A stretch of DNA of 60,851 nucleotides from a virus: IMG/VR virus record IMGVR_UViG_3300045988_119927, one strand, 5' to 3'. Shown here in pieces: positions 34,206 to 43,611 of the stretch. The notes under the pieces are model-generated. The model was given only the letters and a program-made list of their open reading frames with translations. It was not told where the DNA came from and ran no database searches. The stretch's first letter is position 1. Every line of letters starts with the position of its first letter. The position numbers and the translations under genes are program-made.

Positions 34206-34372
34206 CAAAGCGGTGGATCGAGCGACTGACTGAAACACCTGTAAAAAAGCAATGGCTTGATGCGGTGATGAAGGATTTTTGCACAGACTGCGCACGGTGT
34301 GGGACCTGCGAATGCCCTGAAATGGAAGCGTGTTTCTATACCCTTGACAAGACCTTTTACCGCCCAAAGTAA
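34190..34372 (+). CDS. Small Cys-rich protein
   Basis: 60 aa. It contains CTDCARCGTCECPEMEAC. Confidence 0.35.
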   Translation: MASSVTKRWIERLTETPVKKQWLDAVMKDFCTDCARCGTCECPEMEACFYTLDKTFYRPK

Positions 34373-34407
34373 GGGCTCCTACCTTATTATAATAGGAGGT
34401 TAGAAAT

Positions 34408-36150
34408 ATGGCGCTCTCGAACACGGCCACGCCGATCTACTACGGCCGTTTTCGGGAGGCCGTAATGCGTGGCGAGATCCCCGTATGTCGGGAGATCAGC
34501 ATGGAGATGAACCGGATCGACGACCTGATCGCAAACCCGGGGATTTACTACGATGATAAAGCCGTAAACGGTTTTATTGCTTTTTGTGAGGATGAGCTGA
34601 CTCTGACCGATGGCGGAGACGTGAAGCTTCTGGACAGCTTTAAGTTATGGGCCGAAGAGATCTTTGGCTGGTACTACTTTGTGGAACGAAGCGTGTATGT
34701 GCCTCATGAGCACGGCGGAGGCCACTACGAGACCCGCAGGATCAAGAAGCGTCTGGTGCAAAAGCAGTATCTGATCATCACCCGTGCAGCGGCGAAGACC
34801 ATGTATCTGGAGTTTCTTCAGGCGTACTTTCTGGTGGCGTATACCACCACGACCCGACAGGTGACCACTGCCCCCACCATGAACCAGGCAGAGGAAGTGC
34901 TGGCTCCGCTGCGGACTGCTCTGGCCCGGGCCAAGGGGCCTGTGCTGAAGTTTATGACCGAAGGGAGCCTGCAGAATACCACTGGGTCGAAGGTGGATCG
35001 GGTGAAGCTGGCCAGCACAAAGAAGGGCATCGAGAACTTTGTCTCCAACAGCCTGTTGGAGGTGCGGCCTATGACCATTGAGAAGCTCCAAGGCCGTCGA
35101 GACATGGTGGCCACAGTGGACGAATGGCTGAGTTGCGACATCCGGGAAGACCCAATCGGTGCCATCGAGCAGGGTGCAGCCAAGAACGAGAACTATCTCA
35201 TTGTGGCGGCCAGCTCTGAGGGTACGGTACGAAATGGATGCGGTGACGACATCAAAATGGAATTGATGCAGATCCTGAAGGGAGAATACATCAATCCCCA
35301 CGTCTCCATCTGGTACTACAAACTGGACTCTATTGACGAAGTCGGCAAACCGGAGATGTGGCTGAAGGCGAACCCGAACCTCGGAAAGACCGTGACCTAC
35401 GAGACCTACCAGCTGGACGTGGAGCGCGCAGAGAAATCGCCCAGCTCCCGGAATGATATTCTGGCAAAGCGCTTCAACCTGCCCATGGAGGGATATACCT
35501 ATTTCTTCTCGTACGAGGAGACGCTGTGTCATCGGCACCGTGATTTCTGGCAGATGCCATGCGCTATGGGAGCTGACCTGAGCCGGGGCGACGACTTCTG
35601 CGCCTTTACGTTCCTATTTCCGCTTTCCAACGGATATTTCGGGGTGAAGACGCGGGACTACATTACCAGCTACACCCTAAGTCAGCTGCCCATCTCCAGG
35701 CGGCAACAGTATGAGGAGTTCATGCAGGAGGGGACGCTGTTCGTCTTTGACGGAACCATCCTCGACATGATGCAGGTATACGACGACCTTGACGCCTTTA
35801 TCCAGCAGAACGAATACGACATCCGGGCCTTCGGGTATGACCCATACAACGCAAAGGATTTCGTGGAGAGGTGGGCGACCGAGAACGGCAACTTCGGCAT
35901 CACCAAGGTCATTCAGGGCGCGCGGACGGAAAGCGTGCCGCTTGGCGACTTAAAGAAGCTAAGCGAGCAGCGAAAGCTCATCTTCGACGAAAAGCTGATG
36001 CAGTTTGCCATGGGGAACTGCGTGGCACTGGTGGACACGAATGGAAACCGGAAGCTCTACAAACAGAGGCAGGACCAGAAAATCGACGCCGTGGCCGCCA
36101 TGATGGACGCCTATGTAGCGTGGAAACAGAACCGGGATGCATTTGAGTGA
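34408..36150 (+). CDS. terL: Terminase large subunit
   Basis: 580 aa. It lies upstream of the portal. It has the Terminase_1-like layout of an ATPase N-half and a nuclease C-half. Confidence 0.85.
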   Translation: MALSNTATPIYYGRFREAVMRGEIPVCREISMEMNRIDDLIANPGIYYDDKAVNGFIAFCEDELTLTDGGDVKLLDSFKLWAEEIFGWYYFVERSVYVPHEHGGGHYETRRIKKRLVQKQYLIITRAAAKTMYLEFLQAYFLVAYTTTTRQVTTAPTMNQAEEVLAPLRTALARAKGPVLKFMTEGSLQNTTGSKVDRVKLASTKKGIENFVSNSLLEVRPMTIEKLQGRRDMVATVDEWLSCDIREDPIGAIEQGAAKNENYLIVAASSEGTVRNGCGDDIKMELMQILKGEYINPHVSIWYYKLDSIDEVGKPEMWLKANPNLGKTVTYETYQLDVERAEKSPSSRNDILAKRFNLPMEGYTYFFSYEETLCHRHRDFWQMPCAMGADLSRGDDFCAFTFLFPLSNGYFGVKTRDYITSYTLSQLPISRRQQYEEFMQEGTLFVFDGTILDMMQVYDDLDAFIQQNEYDIRAFGYDPYNAKDFVERWATENGNFGITKVIQGARTESVPLGDLKKLSEQRKLIFDEKLMQFAMGNCVALVDTNGNRKLYKQRQDQKIDAVAAMMDAYVAWKQNRDAFE

Positions 36151-36153
36151 GAA

Positions 36154-36450
36154 TTATGCCACCTGAATAATCGTGATTACGAGACAGACGGAAAGAAGTG
36201 TGCCCCATATATCTTCAATGATGCCCTGTGCTAGAAAAAGAGCAGCATGAGGTTCATGCAGGCTATCAAGATATTTTCCGAGCAAGACCAACACAAGAGA
36301 TCTGGCATCAAGAAAAGGCACAAGTGCATCATGCTTTATTGCTTCCGTCAGAAGCTCATCCAGAGATAGTCCATCTTTCTTGATTTTACTCAACAAAAAG
36401 TTCCCGAAGATCTTTTGGAAAAGCACCAAGAAGATATTGACCAGGAACAT
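36154..36450 (-). CDS. Questionable antisense ORF in a low-GC island
   Basis: It is the only ORF of 60 aa or more in 36151-36560. It has no Shine-Dalgarno sequence. A TAAAAT box 4 nt upstream would give a leaderless mRNA. Confidence 0.25.
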   Translation of the reverse strand: MFLVNIFLVLFQKIFGNFLLSKIKKDGLSLDELLTEAIKHDALVPFLDARSLVLVLLGKYLDSLHEPHAALFLAQGIIEDIWGTLLSVCLVITIIQVA

Positions 36451-36506
36451 TCGGATTTTAGAAAAGAGATCTCAGGGAATAAAAAATCTGAATGATAGAA
36501 CACCGC

Positions 36507-36545
36507 AAAACGCATCGACTTAATGGCCGGTGCGTTTTTTGTTTG
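36507..36545 (+). terminator. Hairpin / terminator between terL and the next gene
   Basis: AAAACGCA ... TGCGTTTT followed by TTGTTTG. Confidence 0.5.
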
Positions 36546-36560
36546 CAAAGGAGGTAAAGT

Positions 36561-37181
36561 GTGACTGTTTATAATGATGAACTGTACCATTGGGGTATCA
36601 AAGGCATGAAGTGGGGTGTGCGGCGATACCAGAACCCGGATGGTACTTTGACATCTGCCGGGAAAAAACGATACTCTTCAGATGACTATAAAAACGGCAT
36701 CAAGAAAGCCGGAAATGTTGCCAAACAGCTTTTGAAGGATACTGCTCATCCGATGGACAAGAATGGCTGGACAAATCGTCCGAAGTCTGATCCTAACCCT
36801 TGGTATGGAAGCCAAAGAAAAGTTGCAGAAAAGCTTGAACGCCATTCGACGAAGGCTCGTTCCAACAATCCCAAAAAGATGACCGATGAAGAGCTGAATC
36901 AGCGAATCGCCCGGATGCAGAAAGAAAAGCAGTATATGGAGCTGAAGAAGAGCACGTCACCTGGTAAGGCTTATGTGACTGATCTGCTGAAAACTGCTGG
37001 CAATAAAATCGTTGGTGGTGCAGCCGGTGCAATCGGTGGCGTGGCTGGCAAGGCGGCTGTAGATGCAGTGCTGAATCACTATGGCGATATCGCTGTGGCT
37101 GCCGTAAATGCGACTGGGAGCGATGCTTTGAAAAAAGCCGTTGTAACGGCCGCAATGGCTTCGGCTGTAAAGAAGTCCTGA
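36561..37181 (+). CDS. Hypothetical head-module protein with HWGIKGMKWG N-terminal motif
   Basis: GTG start after AAAGGAGG. 206 aa with a Gly/Ala-rich C-terminus. Confidence 0.5.
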   Translation: MTVYNDELYHWGIKGMKWGVRRYQNPDGTLTSAGKKRYSSDDYKNGIKKAGNVAKQLLKDTAHPMDKNGWTNRPKSDPNPWYGSQRKVAEKLERHSTKARSNNPKKMTDEELNQRIARMQKEKQYMELKKSTSPGKAYVTDLLKTAGNKIVGGAAGAIGGVAGKAAVDAVLNHYGDIAVAAVNATGSDALKKAVVTAAMASAVKKS

Positions 37182-37197
37182 TCTGGAGGAAATCAAA

Positions 37198-38454
37198 ATG
37201 GCATCACAAACCTTTGGCTCCAGACTGAGACACGCCTGGAATGCGTTTTTGAACCGGGACCCTCCAGGGAAGATATACTACGGCGGCGGATACAGCTACC
37301 GCCCCGACCGGGTGCGGATGAACCGGACAAGCGACCGCACCATCATTTCGGCCATAGACACCCGCATCGCTATGGATGCAGCAGCCATTACCATCAATCA
37401 CGTAAGGCTCGACGAAAACGGACGCTACAGCGAAACCATTTCGTCGGGCCTTGATTCTTGTCTGAACCTTTCTGCCAACATTGACCAGACCGGACGGGGC
37501 ATGCGGTTCGATATGTTCCTGTCCATGCTGGATGAGGGCGTCATCGCCGTGGTGCCGGTGGACGTGGAGCTGAACGAAGCGACCGGCGAAATGGACATCC
37601 AGTCCATGCGGGTGGGCAAGGTGAAGGAGTGGTACCCTGCCGACGTGCGGGTAGAGCTCTACAACGAGAAGACCGGCCAGAAGGAAGAGGTGACCCTGCC
37701 GAAGGACCGGGTAGCCCTGATCGAGAACCCCTTCTACGCCGTGATGAACGAGCCCAACGGAACCATCCAGCAGCTGACCCGGAAGCTCCACCTCATGGAC
37801 GTCATCGACGAGCAGGTGGGAGCCGGGAAGCTCGATCTTATCATCCAGCTGCCCTACGTCGTGAAGAGCGAGGCCCGCAAGAAGCAGGCCTTGGAGCGGC
37901 GGCAGGAGATCGAGGACCAGCTGGCAGGCTCGAAGTACGGTGTGGCTTACACGGACGGCACGGAACACATCACCCAGCTGAACCGCAGTCTGGAAAACAA
38001 TGTTCTGAAGAGTGTGGAATACCTGACCAACATGGCATACAGCCAGTTGGGTATCACACCGGAGATCATGAACGGCACTGCGGACGACAAGGTGATGACT
38101 AACTACGAGAACAGGACCATCGAGCCCATCGTAGCGGCCGCCGTGGATGAGTTCAAACGGAAGTTCCTGACGAAAGAGCAGCGAGATGAAAAGAGTGAGA
38201 GCGTGCTGTTCTTCCGCGACCCGTTCAAGCTGACGCCGGTGTCGGCTGTGGCAGAGATCGCAGACAAGTTTACCCGCAACGAGATCATGACCTCGAACGA
38301 GATGCGGCAGGCCATCGGCATGAAGCCCTCGAAGGACCCGAAGGCGGATGAGCTGCGGAATGCGAACATCAGTCGGTCGAACGAGGAAGCTGTAGGACAG
38401 CAGCAGATCGTTGCGGACGGGAAAGATGCAGATGCAAGAATGCTTGGATATTAG
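37198..38454 (+). CDS. Portal protein
   Basis: 418 aa. It lies between terL and the protease-capsid gene. Confidence 0.6.
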   Translation: MASQTFGSRLRHAWNAFLNRDPPGKIYYGGGYSYRPDRVRMNRTSDRTIISAIDTRIAMDAAAITINHVRLDENGRYSETISSGLDSCLNLSANIDQTGRGMRFDMFLSMLDEGVIAVVPVDVELNEATGEMDIQSMRVGKVKEWYPADVRVELYNEKTGQKEEVTLPKDRVALIENPFYAVMNEPNGTIQQLTRKLHLMDVIDEQVGAGKLDLIIQLPYVVKSEARKKQALERRQEIEDQLAGSKYGVAYTDGTEHITQLNRSLENNVLKSVEYLTNMAYSQLGITPEIMNGTADDKVMTNYENRTIEPIVAAAVDEFKRKFLTKEQRDEKSESVLFFRDPFKLTPVSAVAEIADKFTRNEIMTSNEMRQAIGMKPSKDPKADELRNANISRSNEEAVGQQQIVADGKDADARMLGY

Positions 38455-38476
38455 AAAGGGGATGCTGAATTTCAAA

Positions 38477-40255
38477 ATGGCTATCGATTATGATTGCAGT
38501 GGATGGGCTACGAAGGCCAACACCCGCTGTTACGACGGACTGACCATCGCGCCGGACGCCTTTAAGGAGTGCGACGGCAAGACCGTGCCGATGGTGTACA
38601 ACCACGACCACTCGAGCGTGGACAATGTCATCGGCCACTGTCTGCTGAAAAACCGGCCCCAGGGCGTATACTGCTACGCCAAGTTCAACGATACGGACAC
38701 CGGCCGGACGGCCAAGGCCTGCGTGGAGAACGGCGACCTGAACGCCTTTTCCATCTATGCCAACGGTCTGCAGAAGGTGGGGAAGACCGTGAAACACGGC
38801 TTTATCCGGGAAGTAAGCCTCGTACTGGCAGGCTGCAACCCGGGTGCGCTCATCGACGAGGTAGTGAAGCACAGCGCCGATGAAGATTACGATGAGGGCG
38901 AGGCCTTTATCTACAACGACGAGGGCCTGAGCCTGACCCATGGGCTGAACCCGGAGGGCAACCCGCTTGAGGAGCTGACCCACAGCGCCGACGACGGAAA
39001 CGACACGAAACAGGAGGATGCCGGAATGGCGGACGAAGAGAAAAACGGTAAGACACTCAAGGAAGTGTACAACAGCATGACCGACGAGCAGAAAGAATGC
39101 TGTCATGCGCTTGTTGGCCTTGTAATGGAAGCGGCAGACAGCGAGGACGGCGAAGACGACGGTGAGGAGGATACGACCGTGAAGCAGAATGTATTTGACC
39201 GTGACACCACTGAGACCGTGCTGAAGCACAGCATCGGCGACATCAACGCTGTTATCAAGGGTGCCAAGAGCAGCGGCACCATGAAGGCGGCTTTCGAGAA
39301 CTCGGACATCACCGGTGAGGAGCTGGCCTACCTGAGCCACGGCATCGACAACGTGGAGTGGCTGTTCCCCGACGACAAGGTGCTGGACAACCCGCCCCGC
39401 ATCATCGACAAGGACCAGACCTGGGTCGGCAAGGTGATGAGCGCTGTGCATCACATCCCCTTCAGCCGCTTCAAGAGCATGTTCGCTGACCTGACCGAGG
39501 AGGATGCACGTGCCAAGGGCTACATCAAGGGTAACTTCAAGAAGGAACAGGTCTTTGGCCTGCTGCGCCGCTCCACCAGCCCCACCACCGTCTACAAGAA
39601 GCAGAAGATGGACCGCGACGACGTCATCGACATCACCAGCTTCGACGTCATTGCATGGCTGAAGAGCGAGATGCGCCTGAAGCTGAACGAGGAGATCGCC
39701 CGTGCCATCCTGATCGGTGACGGCCGCCCCGCTGCCAGCGAGGACAAGGTGGACGAGAACTGCATCCGCCCGGTGTTCAACGACGCAGACCTGTTTACCA
39801 TCAAGGTGCAGGTGTCCACTACCGGTCTGACTGCCGTGGAGGACAAGTACAAGGCCGCCATCAAGAGCATCCTGCGCTCCCGCAAGGAGTACAAGGGTGC
39901 CGGCACCCCCACCCTGTTCACCACAGAGGATGCCCTGACCGAGATGCTCCTGCTGGAGGACACCATCGGCCACGCTCTGTATGCCGACGAGGCTGCGCTG
40001 GCCCGCAAGCTGCGTGTCTCCAACATCGTGACTGTGCCTCAGATGGAAGGCATGAAGGGTGCCAAGGGCGGCGACCTGTTCGGCATCATCGTCAACCTCT
40101 CTGATTACACGGTTGGCGCAGACAAGGGCGGCGCTGTCTCCATGTTCGACGACTTCGACATCGACTTCAACGCCATGAAGTACCTGATCGAGACCCGCTG
40201 CTCCGGCGCACTGACCACCCCGTACAGCGCCATTGCTGTTGAGTGGGCTGCTTAA
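38477..40255 (+). CDS. Prohead protease (HK97/S78-like) fused to major capsid protein
   Basis: The N-domain is VYNHDHSSVDNVIGH...IREVSLVLAGCNPGA. An acidic linker follows, then a capsid-like domain of about 340 aa. Upstream in-frame starts exist back to 38411. Confidence 0.75.
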   Translation: MAIDYDCSGWATKANTRCYDGLTIAPDAFKECDGKTVPMVYNHDHSSVDNVIGHCLLKNRPQGVYCYAKFNDTDTGRTAKACVENGDLNAFSIYANGLQKVGKTVKHGFIREVSLVLAGCNPGALIDEVVKHSADEDYDEGEAFIYNDEGLSLTHGLNPEGNPLEELTHSADDGNDTKQEDAGMADEEKNGKTLKEVYNSMTDEQKECCHALVGLVMEAADSEDGEDDGEEDTTVKQNVFDRDTTETVLKHSIGDINAVIKGAKSSGTMKAAFENSDITGEELAYLSHGIDNVEWLFPDDKVLDNPPRIIDKDQTWVGKVMSAVHHIPFSRFKSMFADLTEEDARAKGYIKGNFKKEQVFGLLRRSTSPTTVYKKQKMDRDDVIDITSFDVIAWLKSEMRLKLNEEIARAILIGDGRPAASEDKVDENCIRPVFNDADLFTIKVQVSTTGLTAVEDKYKAAIKSILRSRKEYKGAGTPTLFTTEDALTEMLLLEDTIGHALYADEAALARKLRVSNIVTVPQMEGMKGAKGGDLFGIIVNLSDYTVGADKGGAVSMFDDFDIDFNAMKYLIETRCSGALTTPYSAIAVEWAA

Positions 40256-40335
40256 GCTTCCTATAAGACGAGAGAGGTTTTGTATTACATGAAATGCCGA
40301 GCCCTGCGACAAAGGGCAGGCGGAAAGGAACTATA

Positions 40336-40596
40336 ATGCTGAAACCCTACTACGAGACTGGCCACGACCTGCATGTGGCAAACTACGTTGCCTACCTGCA
40401 CACCGACAAGAAGCTGTACGAGGACGAGGCGCACAAGACCCAGGCGAATAAGGATGACGTGGAGAAGGCCTTTAAGCTGGGCCGCCTGATGATCGTGGAC
40501 GGCGCCAAGACCTACCTGCCTATCGCTCTGCTGGCTGCCGGTGTGGTGGTGTATGACGGCACTACCGCTACGACCTGCACCGTGGCAGCGGAGTAA
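40336..40596 (+). CDS. Hypothetical head protein
   Basis: 86-aa ORF after the capsid gene. Confidence 0.45.
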   Translation: MLKPYYETGHDLHVANYVAYLHTDKKLYEDEAHKTQANKDDVEKAFKLGRLMIVDGAKTYLPIALLAAGVVVYDGTTATTCTVAAE

Positions 40597-40779
40597 AAGC
40601 AGGTCATCGAGTTAGTAATGGCAAACTTACCTGCCGGACAAAATTCAAAATGGTGACGAACTGAGCGCTGCCAGTGGCGGAAACAGCGAAATGAGGAACT
40701 GGCCGGGGTCAGCGAGACGCGAGCGACAGTGAAGCGGCTGCTGGGCACCCCAACTCGGGTTCCTTAGGGAGGATCTACT

Positions 40780-41112
40780 ATGAAATGGAGCGGGAAGATC
40801 GGGTTTGCGCAGGATACGGAAGAATCAGCGCCAAGCGTATTCGTAGAACGGATCGTAGAGCGGAGCTATTACGGCGACGTGCTGGAGTTTGGGCGGCTGA
40901 TGCAGGGGAGCGACAAGATCAATGAGGACGTTACAGTAGGAAACCAACTGAGCGTTGTAGCCGACCCATTTGCACAAAACAACCTTTACGCCATGCGATA
41001 TGCCACGTTTTGCGGGCAGCACTGGAAGATCACGAACGTGAAAGTGCAGTACCCAAGACTGGTGCTGACCTTAGGAGGGATCTGGAATGGAAGCACGCCC
41101 GAAGAAGCTTGA
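40780..41112 (+). CDS. Head-tail joining protein (candidate)
   Basis: 110 aa. Assigned by position. Confidence 0.45.
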   Translation: MKWSGKIGFAQDTEESAPSVFVERIVERSYYGDVLEFGRLMQGSDKINEDVTVGNQLSVVADPFAQNNLYAMRYATFCGQHWKITNVKVQYPRLVLTLGGIWNGSTPEEA

Positions 41113-41407
41113 CGCTTTGCTACGGAAGGTACTGCGGGAGGCGACTGGGAAAGAGAACCTCTACTTTCAGCCGCCTGCCGGATACAAGCTGAAATACCCC
41201 TGTATCGTGTACAGCGAAAGCCGTATCCGGAATGAGCACGCAAATGACGGAGTTTATATCCAGCGCACCCATTATACGGTGACGGTGATGGATAACGACC
41301 CCGACTCGAAACTGAAAGCGGCCGTAAGCGTATTGCCGAAATGCGCCTACGACCGCTGTTTTGTTTCGGAAAACTTATATCACACTGTGTTTACGACCTA
41401 TGTTTAA
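41087..41407 (+). CDS. Tail completion / head-tail joining protein (candidate)
   Basis: 106 aa. RBS GGAGGGA is present. Confidence 0.45.
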   Translation: MEARPKKLDALLRKVLREATGKENLYFQPPAGYKLKYPCIVYSESRIRNEHANDGVYIQRTHYTVTVMDNDPDSKLKAAVSVLPKCAYDRCFVSENLYHTVFTTYV

Positions 41408-41422
41408 GAAGGAGGAATGACT

Positions 41423-42109
41423 ATGGCAAGACTGATTTGGGACGCCGTTGGTGAGAAATTTTACGAAATGGGCACCAAGATGGGCGTTCTGTACCCCATG
41501 ACCGCTGAGGGCACCTACGAGAAGGGCTCCGCCTGGAACGGCCTGACCGCTGTGACCGAGAGCCCCTCTGGTGCAGAGGAGACTAAGCTCTACGCCGATG
41601 ACATCAAGTACGCAAGCCTGCGCAGCGCCGAGGATTATGGCTACACCATCGAGGCTTATACCTACCCTGCGGAGTGGGAGGCCTGCGATGGCTCTGCCCA
41701 GGTGGCTCCCGGCGTGACCATCGGCCAGCAGAAGCGCAAGGCATTTGGCTTCAGCTGGGTGACCACCAAGGGCAATGACATCACTGACGAGGCCGGCCAG
41801 AAGATCCACGTGGCATGGAATAGCACTGCTTCGCCCAGCGAGAAGAGCTACTCCAGCACCAACGACAACCCCGATGCCATCATTTTCAGCTGGGAATGCA
41901 GTGCCTCTCCGGTGAATGTCAAGGGTCATCGCCCCACCTGCCATATGGAGATCGACTGCTCCAAGCTGAAGGAGAATACCGTGCTGGCGATCCAGAACAA
42001 GCTCTGGGGCTCTGACGGCGGTTCCGGTGTTGAGGCTGCCAGCGAGGCCACCCTGCCCAGCCCGGATGAGCTGATCAAGTTGATCACCGACACCGAGGCT
42101 GCCGCCTAA
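41423..42109 (+). CDS. Major tail protein
   Basis: GVLYPMTAEGTYEKGSAWNGLTAVTESPSGAEETKLYADD resembles siphovirus tube proteins. It lies upstream of the chaperones and the TMP. Confidence 0.65.
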   Translation: MARLIWDAVGEKFYEMGTKMGVLYPMTAEGTYEKGSAWNGLTAVTESPSGAEETKLYADDIKYASLRSAEDYGYTIEAYTYPAEWEACDGSAQVAPGVTIGQQKRKAFGFSWVTTKGNDITDEAGQKIHVAWNSTASPSEKSYSSTNDNPDAIIFSWECSASPVNVKGHRPTCHMEIDCSKLKENTVLAIQNKLWGSDGGSGVEAASEATLPSPDELIKLITDTEAAA

Positions 42110-42132
42110 TAACGGGACAAAGGAGAAGAAAA

Positions 42133-42555
42133 ATGCTTAAGAAGACGATGACCACCGTGGATTTCGGTGGTACCGAGAGAACGGAAGACTACTACTTCAA
42201 CCTGACCAAGGCGGAGATCATGGAGATGCAGCTTTGCACCGACGGCGGCTTTGTGGAGACGGTGAAGAAGATCGTGGAGGCAAAGAATCAGCTTGAGCTG
42301 ACCCACCTGTTCAAGAAGATCATCTGCGCCAGCTATGGTGTGCTGAGCCCCGACGGCAGGAAGTTCGTGAAGAACCAGCAGGTTCTGGACGACTTTATGG
42401 CTACCCAGGCCTACAGTGACCTGTACATCGAGCTGCTGAGCGGCGACGGCAAGGCTGCCGAGGACTTTGTGAACGGCATTCTGCCCAAAGACCTGACCAA
42501 TGAGGCCGCTAAGGCCCCTGTTTCTCAGCCCGGCCTTGCTGTGCTGAACCCGTAA
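42133..42555 (+). CDS. Tail assembly chaperone
   Basis: 140 aa. Assigned by position and the acidic C-terminus. Confidence 0.5.
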   Translation: MLKKTMTTVDFGGTERTEDYYFNLTKAEIMEMQLCTDGGFVETVKKIVEAKNQLELTHLFKKIICASYGVLSPDGRKFVKNQQVLDDFMATQAYSDLYIELLSGDGKAAEDFVNGILPKDLTNEAAKAPVSQPGLAVLNP

Positions 42556-42630
42556 CCTGATGATACCGAACCGTGCTTTGCGTACTGCATAGCACGCTGC
42601 CCACACATTTGATGCCAGGAGGAGCAGACG

Positions 42631-43221
42631 ATGCTGACCATCAAAATAGCCGGAACACAGAGCTGGGACCCACAGAAGGCCGAGTTCCGGTACGGTGAGC
42701 CCGTTGAGCTGAGGTTAGAGCACAGTCTGCTCTCCCTGGCTAACTGGGAAAGCAAATGGCATATTCCGTTTTTGTCGAACGTCGGAAACCTGACGGCTCA
42801 ACAGCAGATGGACTATATCCGCTGTATGACCGTGACGAAGGGGGTTGACCCCGAGGTATACCGGCGGCTGACGAGAGAACAGATGAATGCCATTAACATA
42901 TATATGGACGACCCCATGACCGCTACCTGGTTTCGGGGCGAGCCAAAGCCGAACGAGCCCAGGAACGGGAAGACTGTAAAGCAGAAGCCCCGCCCCAGGC
43001 GAGGAGGCACAGAGACCACTGCGGAGGTGCTGTATTACCAGATGTTCCAGCTTGGGATCCCCAAGGAATGTGAGAAATGGCACCTGAACCGGCTGCTGAC
43101 GCTGCTGCGGGTTGGCCAGGAAGCCAACAACCCGCCCCGGAAAATGAGCAAAGCCGAGGCAATGGCTCAGCAGAGGATGCTGAATGAGCAGCGGAAAGCA
43201 AAGCTGCACACGAGGGGGTAA
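42631..43221 (+). CDS. Gp15-like tail assembly protein
   Basis: LEHSLLSLANWESKWHIPFL resembles Phage_Gp15. Confidence 0.45.
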   Translation: MLTIKIAGTQSWDPQKAEFRYGEPVELRLEHSLLSLANWESKWHIPFLSNVGNLTAQQQMDYIRCMTVTKGVDPEVYRRLTREQMNAINIYMDDPMTATWFRGEPKPNEPRNGKTVKQKPRPRRGGTETTAEVLYYQMFQLGIPKECEKWHLNRLLTLLRVGQEANNPPRKMSKAEAMAQQRMLNEQRKAKLHTRG

Positions 43222-43224
43222 GAA

Positions 43225-43611
43225 ATGCCAAAGGTGATCGTGTGCCGACAGAAAGGCGACTGGAAGAAAACAAAGGGATTTTTGAAGCGGTGCTCGGCGC
43301 TGAAGCTGGACGATATTCTGGCTCAGTATGGCCGGGAGGGGGTAGAGGCGCTGTCGAGGGCCACCCCCAAGGACACCGGGAAGACCGCCGCAAGCTGGAG
43401 CTATGCCGTACACCGGGACGAGAACAGCATCACCATTACATGGTCCAACTCCAACATCGTGGATGGAGTGCCCATTGCGGTGATCCTGCAATACGGACAC
43501 GGCACCCGGAATGGCGGGTATGTAGAGGGAGTGGATTACATAAACCCGGCAATGCGGCCTATTTTTGAGAGGATCGCAGAACGGGCATGGGGTGAGGTGA
43601 GAACAGAATGA
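43225..43611 (+). CDS. HK97 gp10-like protein
   Basis: It has ATPKDTGKTAASWSY and VILQYGHG. Confidence 0.5.
   Translation: MPKVIVCRQKGDWKKTKGFLKRCSALKLDDILAQYGREGVEALSRATPKDTGKTAASWSYAVHRDENSITITWSNSNIVDGVPIAVILQYGHGTRNGGYVEGVDYINPAMRPIFERIAERAWGEVRTE

Noticed and set aside
40597-40779. A hidden ORF with TGA readthrough (MANLPAGQNSKW-stop-RTERCQW...) in the capsid-connector intergenic gap.
   Set aside because: It is short, has no RBS and no recognisable domain. The TGA lies within a copy of the TCAAAATGG motif, which better explains the sequence.
41087-41407. An ENLYFQ (TEV protease site) string in the ORF, suggesting an engineered sequence.
   Set aside because: It is followed by Pro, which is non-cleavable. 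It is embedded in an otherwise natural head-tail protein, and no vector-like sequence is nearby. This is coincidence.
42133-43221. A programmed -1 frameshift joining the two tail-chaperone ORFs (gpG/gpGT-like).
   Set aside because: The two ORFs are in the same frame and are separated by two stop codons (TAA at 42553 and TGA at about 42609). I saw no slippery heptamer near the end of the first ORF.
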